A stretch of DNA of 64,000 bases from an uncultured Candidatus Saccharibacteria bacterium (GCA_964586695.1 CAZPGQ010000003.1:888-64887), one strand, 5' to 3'. Shown: positions 27,983-36,611, numbered from the stretch's first letter. Numbers and translations are program-made. Notes: a model not told the origin generated them from the sequence alone.

Positions 27983-29083
27983 ATGTTTCTAAAAACCGCC
28001 ATTTCATTCATATTTGCTCATTTGCTTCTTTTAAGTGGAACAAACACCAAAGTTTATACTGCTCCAGATGTAAAACCTACGCAAAAAGCCAGTTCTACTA
28101 TTGCGATAATAGCTACAACAACAAAACCAATAATCAAAGTTGCAAAAACGTCTACTACAACTCCAAAAACAAAAGTGATACCAGTAAAAACTGTTTCTGA
28201 AACACCAAAAGTAGAAACTAAACCAGAACCAGCCCCAGACTTTGTTGCAATAAACGAATTTGCACGAAAAGCTACAGTAAATATTCTCTGTACAGCAAAA
28301 GGTGGTGAATTGTCCCCTATTTCTGGTACAGGTGCGATAGTTGGACCGAGCGGACTTATACTGACCAATGCACACATTGGACAATATCTGCTTTTGAGAA
28401 ACTATAGAGAAAAAGATTTTATCCAGTGTGTAGCAAGAACAGGTAGCCCCGCTTATCCAAAGTACAATATCGAATTAGTTTACATCTCCCCCACTTGGGT
28501 TTCGGAGAATAAAACCCAACTAAAGGACCAGAATCCACAAGGGACAGGAGAAAATGATTTTGCCTTTCTACGAATAACAGGAATGGTTGATGGATCAAAA
28601 ACTCCAGACAGTTTTCCTTTTGTGACTATGAATATCCGCGAAGCGATAAACGTGAATGAACCAGTTTTGCTTTCATCATATCCAGCTGGGTTCCTTGGTG
28701 GACTTTCTATACTTCAAAATTTAAATGTAACTACTGCTATTACAAACATACAGGACGTTTTTACATTTAAAGACGGAACTATAGATATAATCTCTGTTGG
28801 AGGCACAGTTGTGTCACAAAAAGGCTCTTCTGGCGGACTTGTAGTTGATAAAAATTCAACTCTTATTGGTGTTATATCAACTAGCTCAAATGGTGACACT
28901 ACAAGTAGTAGAGGCCTTAATGCCATTACTTTAGGTTACATAAATAGAGCAATACAAAAGGAGCTAGGCTTTGGATTTAAAGAATTTCTATCACAGACAC
29001 CGGAAAATTTTGCGAAAACATTTGCAAGTACTACAGCTCCCCTACTAACAAAAATAATTACAGACGAACTAAACAAACAATAG
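27983..29083 (+). CDS. Secreted trypsin-like (S1) serine protease with Thr/Pro-rich linker
   Basis: LTNAHI, NDFAFL, GSSGG catalytic triad motifs. Confidence 0.85.
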   Translation: MFLKTAISFIFAHLLLLSGTNTKVYTAPDVKPTQKASSTIAIIATTTKPIIKVAKTSTTTPKTKVIPVKTVSETPKVETKPEPAPDFVAINEFARKATVNILCTAKGGELSPISGTGAIVGPSGLILTNAHIGQYLLLRNYREKDFIQCVARTGSPAYPKYNIELVYISPTWVSENKTQLKDQNPQGTGENDFAFLRITGMVDGSKTPDSFPFVTMNIREAINVNEPVLLSSYPAGFLGGLSILQNLNVTTAITNIQDVFTFKDGTIDIISVGGTVVSQKGSSGGLVVDKNSTLIGVISTSSNGDTTSSRGLNAITLGYINRAIQKELGFGFKEFLSQTPENFAKTFASTTAPLLTKIITDELNKQ

Positions 29084-29386
29084 TTATTTATTTGCAAACT
29101 CAGCAGAAATCTGGACTATCATATCAAAATTATCTTCTTTTACTGCCTTGTTAGGCTTTTCAAAACCACACTTAACACATTTGTGTTTGATAATATATTC
29201 TTTCCCCTTTTTCTCTATGCCAATAGGCTTCATAAAGCCTCCACAAGTGTTTAATCTATCTCCAGGGTTAATGTCTACATGTTTTGAATATAAACATTGT
29301 GGGCAATGATTTGTATATCCATCCCCTTCTACAGAAAAACCACAATGTTCACAAACAAAATCTTCAGTTTTACGGATAAATGTCAT
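29084..29386 (-). CDS. RNHCP domain protein
   Basis: CEHCG, TNHCPQCLYSKHVD, PGDR, HKCVKCG. Confidence 0.88.
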   Translation of the reverse strand: MTFIRKTEDFVCEHCGFSVEGDGYTNHCPQCLYSKHVDINPGDRLNTCGGFMKPIGIEKKGKEYIIKHKCVKCGFEKPNKAVKEDNFDMIVQISAEFANK

Positions 29387-29387
29387 C

Positions 29388-29981
29388 TTACTTTTTAATG
29401 GCTATAAAATTCAGATAATTCTTATTATTAGGTCTGAATTCCTGAAAAAATACTTCTTCAAATCCAAATTTCAAAAATAATTCTCTTATTTCCTCCTTGG
29501 TATAAAAACTAAACCATCTTTCCATATTTATTCCAGAACTTTCTTTATATAGTTCTTTCTCTCCCTCTATCAAGCCTAGCCCCAAAACTCCCCCAGCATT
29601 CAAGACCCGCGATATTTCTTTAAAAGCAGATTCTACTTCTGATTTTGGAATGTGTAAAAGAGATGTATACGACCACACACCGCCAAAACTTCCATTTTCA
29701 AAAGGAAGATCAAGAAAATCCCCTTCTATAGCAACTAGTCCTCTTTCCTTTGCTATTTTAACCATTTCTGTAGAGGCATCTAGGCAAACAACATCAAGTC
29801 CACTATTTTTTAAAAGTAGTCCATCCCTACCAGGCCCAGCACCTATATCTAAAATTTTCCCAGAAACTAAATTCACAAAATTATCCAAAATACTTCTGGG
29901 AAATCTATCCCAGAAATCTACAGTTTCTTCATCATATTCCTTAGCCATCTTATTGTAAGTATTTATGGTTTTTATATCCAT
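29388..29981 (-). CDS. Class I SAM-dependent methyltransferase
   Basis: ILDIGAGPGRD, LDAS, SLLHIPK. Confidence 0.9.
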   Translation of the reverse strand: MDIKTINTYNKMAKEYDEETVDFWDRFPRSILDNFVNLVSGKILDIGAGPGRDGLLLKNSGLDVVCLDASTEMVKIAKERGLVAIEGDFLDLPFENGSFGGVWSYTSLLHIPKSEVESAFKEISRVLNAGGVLGLGLIEGEKELYKESSGINMERWFSFYTKEEIRELFLKFGFEEVFFQEFRPNNKNYLNFIAIKK

Positions 29982-30008
29982 TTCTTAAATACAATAAAGA
30001 TTAATCTG

Positions 30009-30081
30009 TCGGAGTGCTGGGATTCGAACCCAGAGTCGCCTGTTCCCAAAACAGGAATGTTAGCCGTTACACTACACTCCG
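30009..30081 (-). tRNA. tRNA-Pro(TGG)
   Basis: CGGAGTG/CACTCCG acceptor stem; CCTGT-TT-TGG-GA-ACAGG; GGTTCGAATCC. Confidence 0.95.
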
Positions 30082-30139
30082 AATACCGACAAATACAAGT
30101 AAGAGTCTAACATAAATAACTCAAATAACAAACAATATC

Positions 30140-30562
30140 CTAAAGAACAATGTCCTCTAACAAAAAGACACGACTTATTCTTTTGGACATATCTATATGG
30201 ACGGTAGCTATATCAAACTGCCAGTCTGTTTCATCTGAAACATCCCTTTCTAGCAGATATGACTGGATCGTCCTCCCCAGTCTCTGAAGCTTCCAAGGAT
30301 GGACATTATCCTCTGCTCTATAGGAATCGTTGGATGTTACATGTGTAACATCTGACAAAACCCTTGAAACAGCCTTTACTTCAATAAAGTGTAGCTGCTT
30401 ACCTTTCCTAGCTATAACATCTATCTCTCCCCACTTCTTCAGATAGTTTCTCTCTATAACCTTATAGCCATTACTTTCTAGCCATTTACAAGCAGAATCC
30501 TCCCCTATCTGGCCGATTTTTTGTTTCTCAGTTGGTTCCCTGGAGAAGTTCTTGTTATACAT
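30140..30562 (-). CDS. yraN: YraN-family (UPF0102) PD-(D/E)xK nuclease
   Basis: GQIGED, ERNYLKKWGEIDVIA, FIEVK, FDIATV. Confidence 0.9.
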   Translation of the reverse strand: MYNKNFSREPTEKQKIGQIGEDSACKWLESNGYKVIERNYLKKWGEIDVIARKGKQLHFIEVKAVSRVLSDVTHVTSNDSYRAEDNVHPWKLQRLGRTIQSYLLERDVSDETDWQFDIATVHIDMSKRISRVFLLEDIVL

Positions 30563-30778
30563 AACATAATTATATACTTGGAACACCAGAGTTACACATG
30601 TAACATATATCTATCATTTCACGTGAAACATTTTCTATTATTCTAAAAAACAGACATAAAATGGACATTTGTCTGTAAAAATACCCTTATTTAGAGCCAC
30701 ATCTCGGATAGATTTTGTAAAATGTCTTAAAAATTGTCAGTGGTCAAAGACCTGTCTTTAATACACATGTCCCCAGAC

Positions 30779-30797
30779 TTATCCACAGTTTTCCACA
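30779..30797 (+). promoter_or_regulatory. Tandem DnaA boxes outside oriC
   Basis: TTATCCACA (30779) and TTTTCCACA (30789). Confidence 0.55.
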
Positions 30798-30868
30798 AAG
30801 GACAGGGGATAAATAGGGTACTTTTAATTTTAAAAACTTTAGTATATGATGATATACGTTCAGTTATT

Positions 30869-30939
30869 GCGGGCATGGTTAAGTGGTATAACAGGTCCTT
30901 GCCAAGGACCAGTCGGGGTTTCGATTACCCCTGCCCGCA
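30869..30939 (+). tRNA. tRNA-Gly(GCC)
   Basis: GCGGGCA/TGCCCGC acceptor stem; GGTCC-TT-GCC-AA-GGACC; T-arm GGGGT-TTCGATT-ACCCC. Confidence 0.93.
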
Positions 30940-30991
30940 CAAAGAACATAGACAATAGTCTATAAAACTAGTATTGTATTAAAAGATTAAT

Positions 30992-31066
30992 GCACCCGTA
31001 GCTCAACGGATAGAGTACCGGTCTTCGGAACCGTGGATGTGGGTTCGATTCCTGCCGGGTGCACCA
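30992..31066 (+). tRNA. tRNA-Arg(TCG), CCA encoded
   Basis: GCACCCG/CGGGTGC acceptor stem; CGGT-CT-TCG-GA-ACCG; GGTTCGATTCC. Confidence 0.92.
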
Positions 31067-31191
31067 TTAATATAGCTATAAAACACGAAGTGTTTTGATC
31101 GTTGGCAGGAATCGAAGCCTGATTGAGATATTTTACGAGTTTACGAAGTAAAATATCCAATTGGGGTACTGATCCTGTAAGGATCGATTCC
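31067..31191 (+). other. tRNA-Arg downstream structured element containing an antisense T-arm
   Basis: GGCAGGAATCGAA (31104-31116) is the exact reverse complement of 31044-31056; hairpins at 31127-31157 and 31171-31185. Confidence 0.55.
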
Positions 31192-31212
31192 GTTAGTATA
31201 TAATTCACTTAC

Positions 31213-32679
31213 ATGAATTTTCCTATCCCAAAAGAGGTTTCATATGTAACAAAACAGCTAGAAAATGCAGGTTTTGAGGCTTTTGTCGTGGGTGGATGTG
31301 TAAGAGACCTTATTCTAAACAAGGCACCAAAAGACTGGGATGTAACAACAAATGCAACCCCAGAGCAGATTATCGCTTTATTTCCAAAAACTTTTTATGA
31401 AAACACCTTTGGAACTGTCGGCGTTGTGAACGAGGAAACTACTGAACCAACCTTAGTAGTAATCGAAGTCACTCCATACAGAATAGAAGGGGAGTATTCT
31501 GACAATCGACATCCAGATACTGTTATTTTTAGCCAAAAAATAGAGGATGATCTAAAAAGAAGAGACTTCACAATGAATTCTCTTGCTTATTCTGTATCAA
31601 AAAAAGAAATTATTGATTTATTTGATGGTGAGAGAGATATAAAAGACAAAGTAATTCGAACTGTAGGGGATTCTGTAAGCAGATTTAAGGAAGATGGACT
31701 CAGAATACTACGGGCTGTGCGTTTTTCTGCTGAACTTGGCTTCGAAATAGAAGCAGGGACTGAAAAAGCCATATTTGAAAACTCAGAACTACTGAAAAAT
31801 ATTTCTCTAGAGAGAATACGAGACGAATTTACAAAGATGATAATGTCGGCAAGGCCCATGGATGGCTTAATTGCAATGAAAAAAATGAGTCTTTTGTCGT
31901 ACATAATTCCTGAATTGAAAAATACTATAGGTGTAGAACAAAATAGGGCACACTCATACGATGTATGGGAGCATTTACTTAGATCTCTACAGGGAGCTGC
32001 AGATAAAAATTATCCTTTGGACCTGCGTTTAGCGGCTTTGTTGCACGATATTTCAAAACCAGAGTCACGAAGATGGGGAACAGAACAAAATACTTGGACT
32101 TTCTATGGACATGAAGTACTTGGAGCTCGTGTTGCAAAGAAAATTCTTACAAATTTAAAATATCCGACGAAAATAATAGAAAAAGTTACAAAAATGATTC
32201 GTTGGCATATGTTCTTTTCTGATACAGAGCAAATAACGCTCTCAGCGGTCCGTAGAATGATTGTAAATGTTGGACGAGAGAATATATGGGATTTGATGAA
32301 TCTACGCATATGCGACCGTATAGGGACTGGTAGACCCAAAGAAGACCCGTACCGCCTCCGAAAATATCATGCAATGATAGAAGAAGCTCTGCGAGACCCG
32401 ATTTCTGTAGGAATGTTAAAGATAGATGGTAAAAAAATAATGGATGTTACAGAAATTACTCCTGGACCACGCATTGGTTACACTCTACACGCACTCTTAG
32501 AGGAAGTTTTGGAAGATCCAAAGAAAAATACTGCAGAATATCTAGAAGAAAGAGCGAAAACTCTTGTAAATTTACCTATAGAGGAGCTGGAATCACTAGG
32601 AGAAAAGGGAAAACAGTCAAAAGAAGAAGCTGATGAGGAGCAAATAAAGAAAATCCGCTCTAGCCATCACGTTAAGTAA
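31213..32679 (+). CDS. cca: CCA tRNA nucleotidyltransferase with HD domain
   Basis: VGGCVRD, KDWD, RRDFTMN, EDGLRILRAVRF, ERIRDE, LLHDISK. Confidence 0.93.
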   Translation: MNFPIPKEVSYVTKQLENAGFEAFVVGGCVRDLILNKAPKDWDVTTNATPEQIIALFPKTFYENTFGTVGVVNEETTEPTLVVIEVTPYRIEGEYSDNRHPDTVIFSQKIEDDLKRRDFTMNSLAYSVSKKEIIDLFDGERDIKDKVIRTVGDSVSRFKEDGLRILRAVRFSAELGFEIEAGTEKAIFENSELLKNISLERIRDEFTKMIMSARPMDGLIAMKKMSLLSYIIPELKNTIGVEQNRAHSYDVWEHLLRSLQGAADKNYPLDLRLAALLHDISKPESRRWGTEQNTWTFYGHEVLGARVAKKILTNLKYPTKIIEKVTKMIRWHMFFSDTEQITLSAVRRMIVNVGRENIWDLMNLRICDRIGTGRPKEDPYRLRKYHAMIEEALRDPISVGMLKIDGKKIMDVTEITPGPRIGYTLHALLEEVLEDPKKNTAEYLEERAKTLVNLPIEELESLGEKGKQSKEEADEEQIKKIRSSHHVK

Positions 32680-32800
32680 AACCTCAGATTTGAGTATAGT
32701 TCAAGGCGGAATGAAAAAATACGAGGAGCCTTACTTAGAGGTAAGGTGACGAGAATTTTTGAAATTCCAACGAAGAAATATGCCAAATCTGAGGTTTTAC
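32676..32800. repeat. Dispersed imperfect palindrome, copy C
   Basis: Perfect 17-bp terminal IR GTAAAACCTCAGATTTG/CAAATCTGAGGTTTTAC; core near-identical to copy A; overlaps the cca stop codon. Confidence 0.85.
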
Positions 32801-32804
32801 ATTT

Positions 32805-33060
32805 AAAAAACCGCCCAATGAGGATGATTCGTACGTTATCTTTGTACAAATACTCATCATTGAGCGGTTCGAGGGAAGAAGAGCTCTACAGTTAATGACG
32901 CAGTTAGTAAACAGCATCACGAATTTAAAATAAAATAGTAGATAAAGTGGGGATGTGTTGATTGTCCAACCACACATAACCAGAGAGTCTTCTTAAGAGA
33001 GGAGGTGCGCACCTCCTAAAGCACATATATTTAAAGAACAACTGAGAAGTTCCATCAAAC
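32805..33060 (-). ncRNA. Candidate structured ncRNA
   Basis: Several hairpins in an intergenic region with no convincing ORF; ends in a stem (32867-32811) and U6 on the minus strand. Confidence 0.4.
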
Positions 33061-33151
33061 GCAGGGTTTATTGCATTAAATTTCAAATCTCGATCTGCCA
33101 TTCATTGTATGTTTTTTAAAAAGACAAGTAAAGGACAGTAAAAGACAAATG

Positions 33152-33160
33152 TGTGGATAA
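33152..33160 (-). promoter_or_regulatory. Perfect DnaA box
   Basis: TGTGGATAA, preceded by AA(A/G)GACA repeats. Confidence 0.45.
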
Positions 33161-33164
33161 CTTT

Positions 33165-33291
33165 GTAAAACAACTAAAATTACCCCATCTACGTTGTTAG
33201 ACTTCAGTAAAATAATCCTCACTTTATATTTATAAAGCTCGAATTATTTTCCTTGTCTGCCTAGTATCTGAGGCAATTTAATTTGTTTTAC
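33165..33291. repeat. Dispersed imperfect palindrome, copy D (inverted relative to C)
   Basis: GTAAAACAA...TTGTTTTAC termini; minus strand has the AGGC...GAGC-hairpin-GTGA...CAACG-AGA skeleton. Confidence 0.65.
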
Positions 33292-33304
33292 TAACAAGTG
33301 TCTT

Positions 33305-34102
33305 TTATAAATCAATATCTATCTGAACAGGGCAGTGGTCAGATCCCAAAACATCCTTATGGATTAAAGCTTTTTTGACTTTTCCTTCTAGTCTTTTGCT
33401 TACAAAAACATAGTCAATTCTCCAACCAACATTTCTCTCCCTCGCGTTTGCAAAATGACTCCACCAAGTATAGTGACCATTTCCTTTTGTAAAAATTCTA
33501 AATGTATCTACAAAATTTTCATCTATCATATTCTGTATTCCTTCTCTTTCTTCTTTTGTAAATCCTTTTTTACCAATATTATCTTTGGGTCTAGCGAGGT
33601 CATCTTCTGTATGTGCAACATTTAAATCACCACAAAATACAACTGGCTTCTTTTTGTCTAACTCTTTTACATATGACAGAAAAGCAGGGTCCCACTGTTT
33701 GTGACGGAGTCCTACTCTTGAAAGGTCGTCTTTTGCGTTTGGTGTATAGACTGTAACTATATAAAAATCATCATATTCTAGTGTGGTAACCCTACCTTCT
33801 GTGTTTGGATCACCGTAACCGTTCTCATCCCAGTCATATTTCTTCGTAATATTCTCTGGCAAACCCAATAATATAGAGAGGGGACTTTTCTTTGCGAATA
33901 TCGCAGTGCCACTATAGCCTTTTCTTTCTGCAGAGTTCCAATATTCACTATATTCTGGCAAATCTACTTCACTTTGGTCTTCCTGAGCTTTTGTCTCTTG
34001 CAGACAAAGCAAGTCTGGCTTGTATTTTTCTACAAACGGCACAAACAAACCTTTTTTATGAACTGCACGTATTCCGTTTACATTCCAAGATATTATTTTC
34101 AT
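33305..34102 (-). CDS. xth: Exodeoxyribonuclease III / AP endonuclease
   Basis: SWNVNGIRA, LQETK, GYSG, GDLNVAH, GWRIDY, GSDHCP. Confidence 0.96.
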   Translation of the reverse strand: MKIISWNVNGIRAVHKKGLFVPFVEKYKPDLLCLQETKAQEDQSEVDLPEYSEYWNSAERKGYSGTAIFAKKSPLSILLGLPENITKKYDWDENGYGDPNTEGRVTTLEYDDFYIVTVYTPNAKDDLSRVGLRHKQWDPAFLSYVKELDKKKPVVFCGDLNVAHTEDDLARPKDNIGKKGFTKEEREGIQNMIDENFVDTFRIFTKGNGHYTWWSHFANARERNVGWRIDYVFVSKRLEGKVKKALIHKDVLGSDHCPVQIDIDL

Positions 34103-34167
34103 AAACAAAGTTTAACATAAAACGAATCGCCCGCACCTACAGCGTTGTAAGTGCGAGCGAATTAGAG

Positions 34168-34569
34168 CTAGTGTCGTTCGGTGAGTCGATTGAAAAACTC
34201 ACCGAGTGCGCGCTCGTACTCGGGTGAACCTCGACGGACGACTCTGAAGTGACGGCGAGCGAGTTCGATGACAGAAATCCGAATAGCCTCACCGGAGGTG
34301 TAAGCATTCGGGGAATACATGTTGACTCTGTCATTCTGGGTCTCCGGCTCCGGACCAACAACTACATAGACTTGTTCCCCAGAACTGACCAAGTCGCCCA
34401 GATGAACCGTCATCAGCTCCCTTTCGAACCCGGTGTGAAGTGAACCATGACCCATGTGAGCCTTGGCTTCTTCAGTATTGATTGAATCCACTCGTCTTAT
34501 TCCCGCAAGTAGCAGTGCAATAAGAATTACACCTGTACTCAATGCGAGGATTTTCTCTTTCCAATTCAT
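34168..34569 (-). CDS. Hypothetical membrane-anchored protein (GC-richer cassette)
   Basis: GGAGG RBS, TTGACA-16-CATACT promoter, N-terminal hydrophobic helix, downstream hairpin at 34127-34160. Confidence 0.7.
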   Translation of the reverse strand: MNWKEKILALSTGVILIALLLAGIRRVDSINTEEAKAHMGHGSLHTGFERELMTVHLGDLVSSGEQVYVVVGPEPETQNDRVNMYSPNAYTSGEAIRISVIELARRHFRVVRRGSPEYERALGEFFNRLTERH

Positions 34570-34628
34570 GCTTGGCCTCCTGCCCTAGTTTGAAGTATGA
34601 AATATTTAATATATTTGTCAAATATATT

Positions 34629-35552
34629 TTATCCCTTCTTATGGAATTTCTTATGGACGTCGCGGAGATGTTTGTCCGTCACATGAGTATAAATCTGTGT
34701 AGTTATAATACTAGAGTGGCCTAACATAGCCTGAACTGAACGAATATCTGCTCCATTTGAAAGCAAATCTGTTGCAAATAGGTGACGCATTGTGTGGGGA
34801 GTAACTTTTTTTGAGATTCCCGCCTTTATTGCGTGCTTTTTTACAATTCTCTCTATGGACCGGTTATTTAGAAAACCATACTCTCTTGTAGTGTTTTTCT
34901 TAAAACTTTTTTCATCAGCTGGAGAAAAAAGTGCATTACTTATATCTTTTCTTACAGCTAAGTATTCTTTTACGGCCTTTCTTGCTCCGTCAGATATAAA
35001 AACCAGGCGAACCTTGCCACCTTTTCCTCTGACAGAAAGCTCGTCTGAGTTTAGATTTATATCGCGAGTTAGCGATCTTAACTCTGAAAGACGCAGTCCT
35101 GTAGAGAAAAACAACTCCAAAATAGCCTTGTCGCGCAAATCTCTTTCATCTTTACCACCTGGAGAAGCAATAAGCCGAGCCAGTTCTTCTTCTGTTATAA
35201 GATCAAGAGACCTTTCAGAAACTTTTGCTAGTTCTATCCTGTCTGCAGGCAAAGTCTTTATCTCTTGTCTTGCCATGTATTTGAGAAATGCTCTCAGGGC
35301 TATTAGATAATAGTTCTGTGTTTTTCGAGACAAAGTCTCACTATTATTCTTGTGTCCTGTGGGTTGTCTGTTGAGCCAAAGGCGAAATTGACGGACCAAA
35401 TCATCTTTTATATCCGCTGGGTTATCAGTTTTGATAAAATCGAGGAATCGGTTGAGGTATCGGTCGTAATTTTCGACGGTTTTGACAGAACGACCCTTTT
35501 CTATCTCTACATATTCCAAAAATTGTTGTTTTAAGCGCTTTAAAGATGCCAT
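34629..35552 (-). CDS. XerC/XerD-type tyrosine recombinase
   Basis: STGLRLSEL, GKGGKVR, HTMRHLFAT, LGHSSI, TQIYTHV; N-terminal SAM-like domain. Confidence 0.92.
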   Translation of the reverse strand: MASLKRLKQQFLEYVEIEKGRSVKTVENYDRYLNRFLDFIKTDNPADIKDDLVRQFRLWLNRQPTGHKNNSETLSRKTQNYYLIALRAFLKYMARQEIKTLPADRIELAKVSERSLDLITEEELARLIASPGGKDERDLRDKAILELFFSTGLRLSELRSLTRDINLNSDELSVRGKGGKVRLVFISDGARKAVKEYLAVRKDISNALFSPADEKSFKKNTTREYGFLNNRSIERIVKKHAIKAGISKKVTPHTMRHLFATDLLSNGADIRSVQAMLGHSSIITTQIYTHVTDKHLRDVHKKFHKKG

Positions 35553-35664
35553 ATTTAAGTTAATTATAGCATTAAGTCATAATATTGTGCGACATGGGTC
35601 GCTCGGGAAGGGGGTACTCTTTGGGCTTGCAAATGCCTATCTTTTGTGATATCTTATAGGAACA

Positions 35665-35931
35665 ATGCTTACAAAGACAAAGAAATCAAAAGTTATAAAG
35701 GATGTCCAAGTACACGACAAAGATACTGGTTCTCCTGAAGTACAGATAGCTATTTTGAGCCGTCGAATAGACGAGCTTGCATCTCACTTGAAGAAAAATG
35801 CAAAAGATAATCACTCAAGACGAGGATTGCTACAAATGGTAGCAAGTCGAAAGACTCACATGAAGTATCTAGAAAAGAAAAATCCAAAAAGATACGCTGC
35901 ATTAAACAAGAAGTTAGGTTTGAAGAAATAA
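35665..35931 (+). CDS. rpsO: 30S ribosomal protein S15
   Basis: DTGSPEVQIA, KDNHSRRGLL. Confidence 0.97.
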   Translation: MLTKTKKSKVIKDVQVHDKDTGSPEVQIAILSRRIDELASHLKKNAKDNHSRRGLLQMVASRKTHMKYLEKKNPKRYAALNKKLGLKK

Positions 35932-36056
35932 TCTCCTCAAAAACAAACTGAAAAGTTTGTTTTTGATTTTGGACAGAGTAAGCATTTACATTTGAAATAG
36001 TATACAATTAGATTGTTAGCTTTTTTGAAATTTTAGAATTAATTTTTTTTATATAT

Positions 36057-36611
36057 ATGAGTGTAATTAAACACAAAAACCAAAGGGTTGGTATCTTCAT
36101 AGATACCCAAAACCTATATCACTGTGCCAAAAATATTTATGGCGCAAAAGTAAACTTCGACCAAGTTGTAAAAGATGGTCTATCAGGCAGGTCTCTAACA
36201 AGAGCTGTTGCATATGTTATTACCACAGAAGCAGGGGATGAGAAAAACTTTTTCGAAGCTCTTGAAAAAATGGGGATAGAAACAAAAACAAAAAACCTCC
36301 AGATATTTGCTGGTGGATCAAAAAAAGCCGACTGGGATGTGGGTCTTGCTGTTGATGCAATAAAACTTGCGCCAAAACTTGATGCCATAATTCTTGTTAC
36401 AGGAGATGGGGACTTTGTTCCGCTTGTCATGCATCTTCAGAACGAAGGATGCCAAGTTGAAGTTATGTCTTTTGGAAAGGCAACTTCTGCAAAACTTATA
36501 GAAGCAAGTGACGACTTTATCGATCTCGATCTAAACCCAAGAAAATATTTATTAGGATTCCGAGATAGAAATACTCGACGATCCCCAAGAATAAAAATTG
36601 AGGAAGAATAG
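36057..36611 (+). CDS. NYN domain (LabA/DUF88) protein
   Basis: FIDTQNL, KADWDVGLAVD, TGDGDFVP. Confidence 0.9.
   Translation: MSVIKHKNQRVGIFIDTQNLYHCAKNIYGAKVNFDQVVKDGLSGRSLTRAVAYVITTEAGDEKNFFEALEKMGIETKTKNLQIFAGGSKKADWDVGLAVDAIKLAPKLDAIILVTGDGDFVPLVMHLQNEGCQVEVMSFGKATSAKLIEASDDFIDLDLNPRKYLLGFRDRNTRRSPRIKIEEE

Larger units (their letters stand above)
30335..31251. promoter_or_regulatory. parS: Cluster of four parS-like 16-bp palindromes
   Basis: TGTTACATGTGTAACA (30335), AGTTACACATGTAACA (30590), CATTTCACGTGAAACA (30615), GGTTTCATATGTAACA (31236), compared with consensus TGTTTCACGTGAAACA. Confidence 0.7.

Noticed and set aside
30640-30810. Second replication origin
   Set aside because: Only two clear DnaA boxes and no trio/DUE arrangement; the dnaA-dnaN gap fits oriC better. 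Kept only as a possible regulatory site.
32735-32977. 80-aa minus-strand ORF
   Set aside because: It runs through a terminator-like stem into a repeat element, and the nearest SD-like motif is too far upstream; treated as non-coding.
34629-35552. Integron integrase or prophage integrase
   Set aside because: Size and motifs fit a housekeeping XerC/D; I see no clear IntI-specific insertion, no tandem attC array and no phage genes nearby.
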